Positions 1-9,547 of a stretch of DNA of 64,000 nucleotides are shown here, in pieces. The notes beneath the pieces were generated by a model, which was not told where the DNA came from, ran no database searches, and saw nothing but the letters and a program-made list of their open reading frames with translations. Location of the stretch: the NCBI RefSeq assembly GCF_001306135.1, contig NZ_LGKP01000040.1:88726-152725 (forward strand), written 5' to 3'. The stretch comes from Herpetosiphon geysericola (GTDB lineage: Bacteria; Chloroflexota; Chloroflexia; Chloroflexales; Herpetosiphonaceae). The position numbers and the translations under genes were made by a program. Positions within the stretch are counted from its first letter, which is position 1; each line of letters opens with the position of its first letter.

Positions 1-137
1 CCACACGCCGAATAGGAAACATGGGCTTCGCGGCCATACACACAAATATCCAAATCCGGATTGGTACGCTTGGCCTTGGCCGCAGCACTCGTTCCGGCGG
101 CGACGGCTCCAATCACGATCACGCGCTCGCTAGCCAT
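1..137 (-). CDS. FAD-dependent pyridine nucleotide-disulfide oxidoreductase, N-terminal fragment (gene continues off the window)
   Basis: Reverse-strand translation MASERVIVIGAVAAGTSAAAKAKRTNPDLDICVYGREAHVSYSAC gives a Rossmann GxGxxG FAD-binding N-terminus. AAGGAG RBS lies just upstream of the ATG at 135-137 (minus strand). Confidence 0.6.
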   Translation of the reverse strand, partial: MASERVIVIGAVAAGTSAAAKAKRTNPDLDICVYGREAHVSYSAC

Positions 138-192
138 TGCAGGCTCCTTTAGCTATGCTACTATTTGGACAGATTGTCACTAGCATGAGACC

Positions 193-975
193 TTGATTAT
201 GCCACTAAGCTCAGCCAATAATCAACCACGTTTGCCAGCTCAACCAAATCGTTTGGGCGCATGGTTGGTCTATCGGGCACTCATTCGGCCAGCCTTGCGC
301 AAAACCTTCGATCAAGTATTGCTCAATGTTGGGTCAGCGGGTGACATTTTGCGCAGCCGCGAGCCAATTTTGTGCTATGTGACCCATACAAGCTGGTGGG
401 ATGGTCATCTTGCCTTTGAGCTATTTCGCAACAGCTACCCCCGCCGCCATTTTCTGATGATGGAAGAAGCGCAGCTCGCTCGTTATTTCTTCTTCCGCTG
501 GTGTGGTTGCTTCTCGGTTAACCGCCAAGAACCGCGTGAGGCCCTGCGCTCAATACGCTACGCCAGCACCCAGCTTCAACAATACAGCCACTCATTAGTT
601 TGGATTTTTCCGCAGGGCCAAATTATACCGCCAGATCGCCGTCCGCTCCAACTTTTTCGCGGTGTTGCCGATATTGCCACCCGCACTGGCAATGTGTGGT
701 GTTTGCCAGTTGCCCTACGCTATGAATTTAGCGGCGAACAACGCCCAGTTGCCCTAATTCGCTGTGGCGAGCCAACTTGGGTCGATGCTGGTACAACTCG
801 CGAGCAACTACAACCAACCTTAGAGCGCAATTTGACCAGCGCCGCCGACCAACTCCGTGACGAGTGGAATCAGCAAGATCTTGCCAATTTTCAATCAATT
901 TTGCAGGGCACAGCCTCAGTTAATCACCGCTTCGACCAAATTTTGGGGCCAATCGTGCGTTGGTGGCAACAATAA
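193..975 (+). CDS. lysophospholipid/glycerol-3-phosphate acyltransferase family protein (PlsC-like)
   Basis: HxxxxD acyltransferase block (VTHTSWWDG) and an FPQGQ block; 260-aa ORF. Confidence 0.55.
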   Translation: MIMPLSSANNQPRLPAQPNRLGAWLVYRALIRPALRKTFDQVLLNVGSAGDILRSREPILCYVTHTSWWDGHLAFELFRNSYPRRHFLMMEEAQLARYFFFRWCGCFSVNRQEPREALRSIRYASTQLQQYSHSLVWIFPQGQIIPPDRRPLQLFRGVADIATRTGNVWCLPVALRYEFSGEQRPVALIRCGEPTWVDAGTTREQLQPTLERNLTSAADQLRDEWNQQDLANFQSILQGTASVNHRFDQILGPIVRWWQQ

Positions 976-1520
976 TCAACATTTGGAGATCGGAACAAAC
1001 GAAACCGCGAAGAGCACGAAGACCGCAAAGGTTGGGAAGCGGGGAAATAAAAAATTAATCAAAACAATCCACAAACTAAATATTTGGGGGTGCTGGGGGC
1101 TGAAAACCCCCGGCGTTTCCCTCCGGCGGAGGGACGGAAGGGTGGCGAAACGATTGCTTGAAGATCGAGTGTTGGCGGTTAGGGATCAGGATTCAGCGAC
1201 AAGGGATTAGAGTTCAGCAACGGCGAAGAGCACGAATATTGTAGTTAAAGAAACATACCAATAATCCAACAAGATCACTTAACGCAGAGGCGCAAAGGAA
1301 ATGTGGCTATTGGCTATTGGCGTTGGGCTTGTGGGAACAGAATCCAAATAATCTGTAGCTACAAAAAATTATCATTCGTACAATTCGTGTAATTCGTGGC
1401 TAAAATAGAGATTTGGCTATAGGTTTTGGGCTAGCAGAAACCAAATCCTAAAAATCTGTGGCTAAAAAAATAATGCTTCGTGTAATTCGTGCAATTCGTG
1501 GCTAAAAAATCTTCGTGGGC
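976..1520. repeat. composite intergenic repeat region, locus A of a dispersed family
   Basis: Motifs gaagagcacgaa, ggctattggctattgg, aatctgtggctaaaaa and ttcgtgcaattcgtgg recur. Reverse-complement copies occur at 48540-48860 and related motifs at 55860-56113. Confidence 0.6.
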
Positions 1521-1523
1521 ACA

Positions 1524-2253
1524 TTAAAGCCACACAGCCTCAATCAATCGAGGCAACACCACATCAGCACTACCCGCCAACGAATAGCTCGCAATCCCAC
1601 GCAACGGCATATCAGGGTTAATTTCAATCACCGTCTTTTTGCGCCGCAACGCTCGATGCGGCAACGAAGCAATTGGCTCAACAATCGCTGATGTGCCAAT
1701 TACCAAAGCCACATCGCTGCGATCAAAGGCATCCTTTGCCGCTTGCAGCATCGCTGCATCCAAATAATTCGCCAAACCACACAATATCTGGGCGCAACGG
1801 CGCACCACAAGCAGGACAAATTGGTTGCTCAACATCCCACGTTTCAACCAAGCGCCGTTCACGCGCGCAAATTGTGCGCGCCAAACTGCCATGCACCTCA
1901 AAAACATTGCCTGAGCCAGCCCGTTGATGCAAACTATCAATATTTTGGGTAAACAGCTTAAAGTCTGGAACCAATTGTTCAAGCTGCGCCACTGCATAAT
2001 GGCCAGCATTTGGTTGCGCCGCTTCGCATTGACGCTTCATCGTTTGATACACCTGAAAAACGCCAAACGGATCGCGCTCAAAGCCCACCAAAGTTGCAAC
2101 CTTATCAGGATCATAGGCTGTCCAACGAGCATCAGCAGCAGCACTACGATAGGTCGGAATTCCGCTTGGTGCTGAAATTCCAGAGCCAGTTAATACAACC
2201 ATTGATTGGGCTTGACGCAAATGGTGGATTAAATCAGCAGCAAATTCACTCAT
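1524..2253 (-). pseudogene. Sir2/CobB-family NAD-dependent protein deacylase with an apparent +1 frameshift near 1765
   Basis: N-terminal part (frame of ORF 1723..2253) has GSGISAPSGIPTYRS, TQNIDSLH, HG, CxxC...CPAC and VWFGE. The C-terminal Sir2 part (DVALVIGTSAIVEPIASLP...) lies in the overlapping ORF 1524..2009, shifted by one nucleotide. Junction is at tggtttggcgaattatttgg. Confidence 0.55.
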
Positions 2254-2622
2254 TGATCAATATCCTCGCAACTCAATTAAAAGCACGCTTGTGCTATTTG
2301 CTACCACAGCGTGTGATAGGAAATAGCATCGAGATAATCAAATTTTATTAACAGTTTATTATTTGCATAATAATTTAGGCCAAAATCTATTGAAATTCGG
2401 CTACGAATGTTTTACTATCACTATGAGACAGATTTATGGATGTAGATGCTCTTTAGCAACGCTTCACTTTTGCATTCGACTACTTGAGCAAATGGGTTGA
2501 ATTTGTGTCTAGCTGTACGTGATTACGATTGCGTGCCGCTATTTTTATGATTTTGCCAATACCCACTGTGGTATTTGCCGATAAACGTCCTATCAATCCT
2601 TCATGCCAAAGGATCGCAGACC

Positions 2623-2931
2623 ATGCAAACCGAACGTGTTAAAAGCCGTGGGGTCTTGCTCAAAGTAGCAAGCCATATAGTCCAATTAGCCGTCATTGTC
2701 CGCGAAGCCGAAGGTATCAACGATAACGATGCCTACATGGTTGCTGAACAAATTATAGATCATGTGAGTGCCTCACATCACGTACCAAGCCAAGATTGCT
2801 GGCCGGTTCAGGTTGTCTGCCGCGCATGGCAGGTGGTTGTACAACATCAACCAAGCTGCCGTTGCCGTGGAGCCGATATGAATACGGTCGCCGATAAATT
2901 GGTTAAACTCGATTGGGTTGCCGTTAACTAA
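2623..2931 (+). CDS. hypothetical small protein, paralogue of island gene 60030..60341
   Basis: RBS aaaggatcg before ATG 2623. Shares IVQLAxIxxExEGIxDNxAYxxAEQ with the 103-aa island protein. AT-rich promoter-like region upstream. Confidence 0.4.
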   Translation: MQTERVKSRGVLLKVASHIVQLAVIVREAEGINDNDAYMVAEQIIDHVSASHHVPSQDCWPVQVVCRAWQVVVQHQPSCRCRGADMNTVADKLVKLDWVAVN

Positions 2932-3027
2932 CTTCGGCTAATTTCCTCAATTATTCCAACTCCATGCCAAAAATCGCCAACATGTGGCTCTATTTCCCGA
3001 TAGCGTTTTGTTACGGGAGGTATCATC

Positions 3028-4080
3028 ATGTTGGCGAAAGTTTGGAGTTGCGCCGTGGTTGGCCTCGATGGCGCGTTAGTCGAAGTCGAAGTTGATCTCA
3101 GTCGTGGTTTGCCGACCTTTACGATTGTAGGCTTGCCCGATACCGCCGTGCAAGAGGCCAAAGAGCGAGTCCGCGCCGCCGTACGCAATAGTGGCGGTTC
3201 CTTTCCGGATAAACGACTAACCGTCAATTTGGCTCCTGCTGATTTACGCAAAGCAGGCCCAGCCTACGATCTGCCAATTGCCGTGGGCATTTTATTGGCT
3301 TCAGGCCAAATCGCTGCCGATGTGAGCCAAGCACTGTTTGTCGGTGAGCTATCGCTTGATGGAGCTTTGCGCCACACCGATGGCATCTTGCCAATGGTCA
3401 CGATTGCCCGCCGCGAAGGCTTGCAAACTGTTTATGTACCACATTGCGATGCCGCTGAAGCCGCTTTGCTTGGCGATATTACGATTATTCCTGTGCGTTC
3501 CATCGTCGAGATTGCTGCCCATCTCAATGGCGAGCGCTATATCGCAGCCTACGAAGGCCAACCACCAGCCCCAGAAAGCCTCAGCTATAGCGTCGATTTT
3601 GCCGATGTCAAAGGCCAAGAACACGTCAAACGTGCTTTAGAAGTTGCTGCTGCTGGTGGTCATAATGTATTGATGAGCGGCCCACCTGGCTCTGGCAAAA
3701 CCTTACTAGCTCGTTGCGTACCTTCGATTTTGCCACCGCTAAGCCTCGACGAAGCCTTGGATGTCACCAAAATTTATTCGGTCAAAGGCCTGTTGCCCAG
3801 CGATCTGCCGTTTATTCGCACTCGCCCATTTCGCTCGCCGCACCATACAATTTCCAATGCTGGCCTCGTTGGTGGTGGCCGCACCCCGCAGCCAGGCGAG
3901 ATTTCGCTGGCCCATCGGGGCGTGCTGTTTCTCGACGAAATGCCGGAATTTAGCCAACAAGTGCTCGAAGTCTTGCGCCAACCACTTGAAGATCATACAG
4001 TGGTGCTCAGTCGCGCCGCAGGCACCTTGGCATTCCCGGCAAACTTTGTGCTAATAGGAGCCATGAACCCTTGTCCGTGT
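3028..4080 (+). pseudogene. comM: comM/yifB-like Mg-chelatase-type AAA+ ATPase, 5' portion truncated by prophage insertion
   Basis: YifB/ComM-like N-terminus, Walker A GPPGSGKT, and ...[26 protein letters not shown], then divergence after 4080. The reading frame runs on into phage DNA to 4179. Confidence 0.8.
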
Positions 4081-5710
4081 CTTGCTCATTCTCACAGAAT
4101 GCCACCGTGCGCATGGTTAGCGCAACCCGTAATTCCCCATCAACTCGCCGAAGTTCTGCATGTTTCACCAGCTTGGTAATAGGATTCCGTAACCGCTCAA
4201 TCACCGTTGGGTCATCAAGCTGCGCAAGAATCCGCGTGGTCAGCATGCCATCAAAGAAGGCGGCACGCAAACTGCGTGCCTGCTCATCAAGCGTCTCAAT
4301 CGCCCGAGTCAGGGTGGTGCGCTGGTCGTCCATCGTTGCCAGCTTCGCTTCCAAGGCCTCGGCTTGGGCATTGATTGCTTGGACCAATGAAGCGGTCAGG
4401 GCATGATGCAGCACCCGTTGGGTGAGGCTGGTAAATTCTGCCTGCACCACAGCGCGCTGGCGCTCGAGGGCTTCAATGCCATGCACGAGGGTTGCTCGGG
4501 TGCGATCAGCGGCAGCGGTCAACTGCTGATCAAAAGCGGCATGCTGGGCTGTTGCATACTGCACTACCGCTTTGACCACAGCCCCCTCAAGGCGATAGGC
4601 GCGAACGCGGGGCATGGTGCATTGTCCTGCATAGGCACCACGGCCATTGCATGCGTAAATCCGATAGTAGTAGCGCTTGCCCTTGCGGTGGGTTCCGCTG
4701 GTGTTGCCGTGAATGAGTAGCCCACATTCCCCACAATGCAGCTTCATCAAGAAAATCCCCCGCGCATTCAGGGCATAGTTAGGGATCGCAAACTCAGCAA
4801 CACGCACCCGCTCAATCAAGTCAGTTGGAATCAGCGGCCCACTGGGGAGTGCTACCTTCAGCACGGTCTTGGCCTGCCCATCGCTCACCTTATTGGTGCG
4901 GTTGTGTTCACGGCCCCATTGCAACTGGCCCGCGTAGATGCCATCAATCGCTTGGCGGCAGATATGGCGAATCGTGCTCATATTCCAAATATTGGTAGGC
5001 TGTGGTTTTACCACATCAATAATGGCCCCTGTGGTAGGGTCAACGCGCTCTTGGGTGGGCTTGGCAATCCATTGCAGCATACCAGGTGTATCAGGGCGGC
5101 CATAGGGTGTTTGCGCGGTATTCAGCAGGCGGGTAATTCGCAGGTAGCCCATCCCTAACCCGCGCTGCTCAAGAATCCACAACAGAATCGGGTAGGTGTC
5201 AGGATTCGGCTTGTAGCCGGTGCCATCAAAGGCAAGACCATAGGGCGCTGCACCACCATAGCGGTGGCCGCGTTCGATGCGGGTCTTCTGGCGGGCATAG
5301 GTGCGTTGCGAGGTGCGACGAATCTCATCAGCGGCTAAGGCCGCTTTGATGTCCCGCATAAAGGAACGGCTATCATCGGTCATGCCTGGCGATTCATCAT
5401 TGAACACAATATCAACGCCCAAGCGCTGCATATCGTGCTCAAATTGCTTCCATGCCATAACATCGCGATGACTGCGGTCAAGTGACTCACAACGAATCCG
5501 TTGAAAGAATCCTGCCGCCGCATCGGCCAGCATTTGCTGGTATTCACTGCGGCGGGTCGTGGTGCCACTCTCGGCTTGGTCAATATAGAGCTTGGTGACG
5601 GTCTCGCCATGCTGATCACTGGCACGGCGCAGGGCATCCAACTGCGATTGCAGCGATGCCCCACGAGTTTGCTGGTCACTACTGTACCGAATGTAGTGCG
5701 CTGTCTTCAT
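4007..5710 (-). CDS. large serine recombinase (phage integrase)
   Basis: N-terminal resolvase catalytic domain (YIRYSSDQQ), a large recombinase domain with a Cys cluster (HCGECG...CNGRG...C) and a C-terminal coiled coil. It sits at the prophage left junction. Confidence 0.85.
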   Translation of the reverse strand: MKTAHYIRYSSDQQTRGASLQSQLDALRRASDQHGETVTKLYIDQAESGTTTRRSEYQQMLADAAAGFFQRIRCESLDRSHRDVMAWKQFEHDMQRLGVDIVFNDESPGMTDDSRSFMRDIKAALAADEIRRTSQRTYARQKTRIERGHRYGGAAPYGLAFDGTGYKPNPDTYPILLWILEQRGLGMGYLRITRLLNTAQTPYGRPDTPGMLQWIAKPTQERVDPTTGAIIDVVKPQPTNIWNMSTIRHICRQAIDGIYAGQLQWGREHNRTNKVSDGQAKTVLKVALPSGPLIPTDLIERVRVAEFAIPNYALNARGIFLMKLHCGECGLLIHGNTSGTHRKGKRYYYRIYACNGRGAYAGQCTMPRVRAYRLEGAVVKAVVQYATAQHAAFDQQLTAAADRTRATLVHGIEALERQRAVVQAEFTSLTQRVLHHALTASLVQAINAQAEALEAKLATMDDQRTTLTRAIETLDEQARSLRAAFFDGMLTTRILAQLDDPTVIERLRNPITKLVKHAELRRVDGELRVALTMRTVAFCENEQDTDKGSWLLLAQSLPGMPRCLRRD

Positions 5711-5915
5711 AGGCTTGCTCCAGTGCGGCTATTTGGCGCTTGAGTTGTATTTGGCGCGCCGTTGTTAAGGTGGTGGTATGCAGCGCATTATGCGCAATCT
5801 GCATGGCTGCGTCAAGGCCAAGCGCCTGCACCACCAGCACCTCGGCAAGACACGCCAGCGCATCGCTTGGGGCTGGCTCGGGGTCGATAAGAATAGCAAC
5901 AGGTAATTCATCCAT
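5679..5915 (-). CDS. hypothetical small protein (possible recombination directionality factor)
   Basis: 78-aa ORF immediately upstream of the integrase on the same strand. Confidence 0.3.
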   Translation of the reverse strand: MDELPVAILIDPEPAPSDALACLAEVLVVQALGLDAAMQIAHNALHTTTLTTARQIQLKRQIAALEQAYEDSALHSVQ

Positions 5916-5978
5916 GGCAGCTCCTAAGAAACAACAAACCCGCCACGAGGGCGGGTAATCAATAGGTGATGGAAGGTT

Positions 5979-6224
5979 TCAATCAAGCACCCCCAAGCAC
6001 ATTGCAACGAACAATAAGCGCTCACGTCCGTCAAATCGCTCAATATCCATCGCAGCGGTCAAGGGTTGTTCTTCAATTAATTCTTTTGCAACACGATCCC
6101 AAATGGGCTGCCAAAAATCGGTATCGTAGCGCAAGCACCATTTACCGTGAATAATCTCGCGATCGTCATACCACAGGGTTGGCCATCGTGAATCTTGCTT
6201 AAGTTCCCACATGTTCAACCTCAC
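5979..6224 (-). CDS. hypothetical phage protein
   Basis: ORF co-oriented with the early leftward operon. Confidence 0.3.
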   Translation of the reverse strand: MRLNMWELKQDSRWPTLWYDDREIIHGKWCLRYDTDFWQPIWDRVAKELIEEQPLTAAMDIERFDGRERLLFVAMCLGVLD

Positions 6225-6519
6225 TCTCTATTGGCTGCACCTCAAGCAGAATGTCATCCTTGAAAACCTTATAGCAACGATGGACTGAGACTGCCACGAT
6301 AATCACAGGGCGTGCATTACCAAGCGCTGGTGGCCCTTCCTCGGTTGCTAAGCAATCGTAAACATTGCGATGGCCGATAATCATGCCCGTGCGAATCCTA
6401 CCCATGCTTTGGCGTGTGGGCTGTCCATTCAGGCGCGAAACAACCCACTTGAATTTGACCCATTCCCCCAACCCGTAGGGGTCATGTGGTTTGGGCTGTG
6501 CTTTTCTGCCGCGTGCCAT
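6199..6519 (-). CDS. hypothetical phage protein
   Basis: ORF in the leftward operon. Confidence 0.3.
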   Translation of the reverse strand: MARGRKAQPKPHDPYGLGEWVKFKWVVSRLNGQPTRQSMGRIRTGMIIGHRNVYDCLATEEGPPALGNARPVIIVAVSVHRCYKVFKDDILLEVQPIESEVEHVGT

Positions 6520-6528
6520 AGTTACTCC

Positions 6529-7113
6529 TTAGGAAATTCGTTCAAATTTCACAACCCAGACCCACGGGTTGCTATCCCATGATCCTTGGCCATTGATGCG
6601 AATCCAAAGTTCACGAAATGCCGCCGCTGATTCAACCCCTTCGGCTTTTGCGTCGTCGTCACTAATGGATTGCACTCGCTCAACATCAAAATCGACAACC
6701 TTCAAATGGATGCGGCATAGCGCCTTAGGCATATGGATTGAGGGCTTCCACCTTACACCATAAGCCAGTCGCGCCTCTTTGACCCATTCTTTTTCATCCC
6801 CATCTTCATCAACCGCATTGGCAAGGTACGTTGTACCACCATCCCAAACTGCAAACGATTCACGAACCCAGAGCGTATCACCGCGCATTCCATAGGGGCA
6901 TGGGTATTGGCACGCATAATCGCAGTAACTGGGGCAATCATTGGCGTGGACGTGAATAAACTCACCCGTTGGCTCGTAAAATTCAACCGCATCTTGGTCT
7001 TTGATAATGCGGCGGGTTTGCGTTTTCTTGCCATCGAGGATGGCCTTGGCCATCAGTGGGCTAAATAAAATCGGGCGGTCTTTTATTTCTCGCTCATAGT
7101 GAAATTCAATCAT
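6529..7113 (-). CDS. hypothetical phage protein (Cys-rich)
   Basis: 194-aa ORF with CPSYCDYACQYPCPY. Confidence 0.35.
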   Translation of the reverse strand: MIEFHYEREIKDRPILFSPLMAKAILDGKKTQTRRIIKDQDAVEFYEPTGEFIHVHANDCPSYCDYACQYPCPYGMRGDTLWVRESFAVWDGGTTYLANAVDEDGDEKEWVKEARLAYGVRWKPSIHMPKALCRIHLKVVDFDVERVQSISDDDAKAEGVESAAAFRELWIRINGQGSWDSNPWVWVVKFERIS

Positions 7114-7136
7114 CGGTTGCTCCTGTCAGGGTGTTA

Positions 7137-7406
7137 CTAGTGGCCTCGCAATGTTTCAAGCAGCACGCGGGTTTTGCGGCTGCTGTGGTAGGTCATTCGC
7201 CACAGGGTTTGTTGTTGTTCTCCGGTCAGGCGTAGTTGCTTGACCGCGTTGGCCAACAGTTTGGCGGTGATTTTGCATGGTGAGCAATAATGATCCGATG
7301 GCATGGCCTGCTCACCACAGTGCGAACATTGTGTGCCTTTCATAACTACTCCTAGGTTGGTTGGTTGTCGTTCTATTTGGGGCTTGCGCAGTGCTGGCAG
7401 AGCCAA
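7137..7406 (-). CDS. zinc-ribbon small protein
   Basis: CSHCGEQ...CSPC. Confidence 0.3.
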   Translation of the reverse strand: MALPALRKPQIERQPTNLGVVMKGTQCSHCGEQAMPSDHYCSPCKITAKLLANAVKQLRLTGEQQQTLWRMTYHSSRKTRVLLETLRGH

Positions 7407-7594
7407 CGCTGGCGATCGATATTAAAGGTATTGGCTGGCTGACCGCAGGTGCAATGCGGTTGTTTTGGTTGCCCTGGGCGTGGTTGATATAAGGCAGCAA
7501 CGCGCTTCGCTTGCAATTGTTCACGTGGCATCAAGCGCAGCTCACGATCAAACTGGGCTTGGCGTAGCATTGGGGTGTAATCAGGATCGTTCAT
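7373..7594 (-). CDS. zinc-ribbon small protein
   Basis: CTCGQP...CQHC. Confidence 0.3.
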   Translation of the reverse strand: MNDPDYTPMLRQAQFDRELRLMPREQLQAKRVAALYQPRPGQPKQPHCTCGQPANTFNIDRQRWLCQHCASPK

Positions 7595-7597
7595 TGG

Positions 7598-7951
7598 TTA
7601 GACCTCTAGGGCTAGTTGGAATGCCGGTTGCTTAGTGGTTGATTGCTTAACTTTCTTCACGGACACAGGCTTGGTTATCATGAGATGACAACAGGTGCAG
7701 TAGCCATTGAAGCGCTCAAGTACATCTTGGTGATCAATTGGGCAGACCGTTTGTGCTTCAAGTGGGGCGGCTGTGCGCAATTCACTCCACCAGTGCCAAT
7801 AGAGTTTGTGGCCATGCGCATCTCGTAGCATGCGGTCGATTTTGACGATATGCTCAGGTGGTAGATGTTTTTGGCACAGCGCACGAAATTGCATTGCCGG
7901 CTCACGATGCAATTCACGCCATGCCTGATAGCGTTCATGGAAGCTGCTCAT
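7598..7951 (-). CDS. hypothetical phage protein
   Basis: 117-aa ORF with CxxC-like CTCCH. Confidence 0.3.
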   Translation of the reverse strand: MSSFHERYQAWRELHREPAMQFRALCQKHLPPEHIVKIDRMLRDAHGHKLYWHWWSELRTAAPLEAQTVCPIDHQDVLERFNGYCTCCHLMITKPVSVKKVKQSTTKQPAFQLALEV

Positions 7952-7959
7952 CGCTACTC

Positions 7960-8175
7960 CTAGGTTGGTTGGTGCTTATCGCTCAGGCGTTTGCTGATGT
8001 CGATGGCGGCTTGCCGCTCGGTTTCGGTTGCGGGTCTGGTGAGGAGTGTATAGACCAACTTGTTGAGGTATTGTTCCGCTTCAACATAGGTTGGCTTGCG
8101 GTCTCGCAATTCGCCATCAAGGTAGCACAGGAAGTCTTGTGCCGTGCGGTCATAGACAATCATTTTGCGGTACAA
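7960..8175 (-). CDS. hypothetical phage protein
   Basis: 71-aa ORF. Confidence 0.3.
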   Translation of the reverse strand: MYRKMIVYDRTAQDFLCYLDGELRDRKPTYVEAEQYLNKLVYTLLTRPATETERQAAIDISKRLSDKHQPT

Positions 8176-8192
8176 CGGTTGCTCCTCTTAGA

Positions 8193-8564
8193 TTAGATAA
8201 CTTCCAAGACAATCTCCGTGCGGGGCCACGCCACATCAACGCCGCCACGCTTGCTTGAGACCTCATCCACAGCACGATCATTGAAGCCGAGCGCTTCAAA
8301 CAGCGCATCTTCAGCAACCTTGATGCGATTCGACATATCGCTTACGGTGCAGCTGCGCTTGTCTTTGAAGTAGTGGGTCAAGCGCAGGCTATAGCGGGCA
8401 TTGGCTGGCGGCGTAAACGCAGTGGCCGCATCGCGAATCAGCGGCACGGCGCGGTTTTTGAAGGCCGTCAATTCCTTGCTTGGGAAGCGACGGCCTGTTT
8501 TGCGGTTGGTGGCGTAGGCGTTGTTCAGGCTTGGGCTAAGGGGAATAACAATCATTAGTTTCAT
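8193..8564 (-). CDS. rusA: RusA-family Holliday junction resolvase
   Basis: IVIPLSPSLNNAY and DMSNRIKVAEDAL match the RusA signatures (PxxNxxY; DxDNxxKxxxDAL). Start taken at MKLMIV. Confidence 0.65.
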   Translation of the reverse strand: MKLMIVIPLSPSLNNAYATNRKTGRRFPSKELTAFKNRAVPLIRDAATAFTPPANARYSLRLTHYFKDKRSCTVSDMSNRIKVAEDALFEALGFNDRAVDEVSSKRGGVDVAWPRTEIVLEVI

Positions 8565-9547
8565 GCAGCACCTTGTAAGCACCAACCCAAGTCAGCCTTG
8601 GGCGGCGCACTCATTGGCCATTGATAGAGCGTCACGGGTTGATGCAGGGCAAGCAGTTGGTTGGCAATCTTTGGCCCTGCTGGCTCGGGTGGTGTTGGGA
8701 TACGGGGTATCTTGCCCTCAGCAACGCGCTGGTGCATCGTCGTGCGCCATTGGCCAAGCAGGGTGCGGTACATCGCTCCGCTGGCCTGCCCTGCTAAATC
8801 GTTATCAAGCCACACAATCACGCGCTTGGGCTGTGAGGCGGCGATCAATTCACACCAGCGGGTCAGATTCTCACCAGCCCACGCCACACCACCCGAGGCA
8901 ACCGCAACCACATCAGGGCGGTCTTGCATCGCAATGATGGCATCGACTAGGTTTTCACCGATGATCACGGTCTTGCCAGGTGCGAGGTATTCGGCGTTGT
9001 ATAAGACATCCTTGCGGCTGCCGCCACTGGTGAGCCACTTCGCATCGGTATCCTCGGGTAAGTAAGCCCGCCCATGCAGCGCCACCAGCTGGCCGGATTC
9101 AAACACGGGCACAATCAAGCGCGGCATCTGGCAGCGGCTCGCTGGCAACACGCCCACGCCTAAGCGCCACTGGGCGATACTGCGTAGGTTGAGCGGTTTG
9201 TAGGCCTGCCACAGCGGTACACGGTTCAGGTCTGCCCCAAAGCGCCCAAGGTAGAAATCGGCATGCTTGAGCCAATTGGCATGCTTGTGCTTGGGCTGCA
9301 TCGCCTTGGCTTGCTGCCGTTCGGTTGTGGGCCCAGTAGCAACGCCAAGGTAACGGGCAAGGTGGGCGATACTGCCCGTGTGTTGGCAGACGAAACATTT
9401 GTAGCGCCATTCGCCATCCGCGTTGTAGCAGGAAAAATGGGTTTGCCCGCGCTTGGTGTCCTTGCCGCAAAACGGGCAGCAGGCATGCCATTCATTGCGC
9501 TGCCAGTGGCCGATGGGTAACAGATCAGGTGGGGTGATCATCGCCAC
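8561..9547 (-). CDS. phage DNA primase (CHC2 zinc finger plus Toprim)
   Basis: CPFCGKDTKRGQTHFSCYNADGEWRYKCFVC zinc finger, and a Toprim-like acidic region (GENLVDAI...WLDNDLAGQ). Confidence 0.7.
   Translation of the reverse strand: MAMITPPDLLPIGHWQRNEWHACCPFCGKDTKRGQTHFSCYNADGEWRYKCFVCQHTGSIAHLARYLGVATGPTTERQQAKAMQPKHKHANWLKHADFYLGRFGADLNRVPLWQAYKPLNLRSIAQWRLGVGVLPASRCQMPRLIVPVFESGQLVALHGRAYLPEDTDAKWLTSGGSRKDVLYNAEYLAPGKTVIIGENLVDAIIAMQDRPDVVAVASGGVAWAGENLTRWCELIAASQPKRVIVWLDNDLAGQASGAMYRTLLGQWRTTMHQRVAEGKIPRIPTPPEPAGPKIANQLLALHQPVTLYQWPMSAPPKADLGWCLQGAA

Noticed and set aside
857-1210. 117-aa ORF spanning the intergenic repeat
   Set aside because: It lies entirely inside repeat locus A, starts within the upstream gene and has a biased low-complexity sequence. 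It is probably spurious.
2928-3251. 107-aa minus-strand ORF overlapping the comM start
   Set aside because: It is antisense to the well-supported comM N-terminus and has no RBS.
4071-5158. Plus-strand ORFs 4071..4406, 4403..4720 and 4736..5158
   Set aside because: They are antisense to the serine integrase gene.
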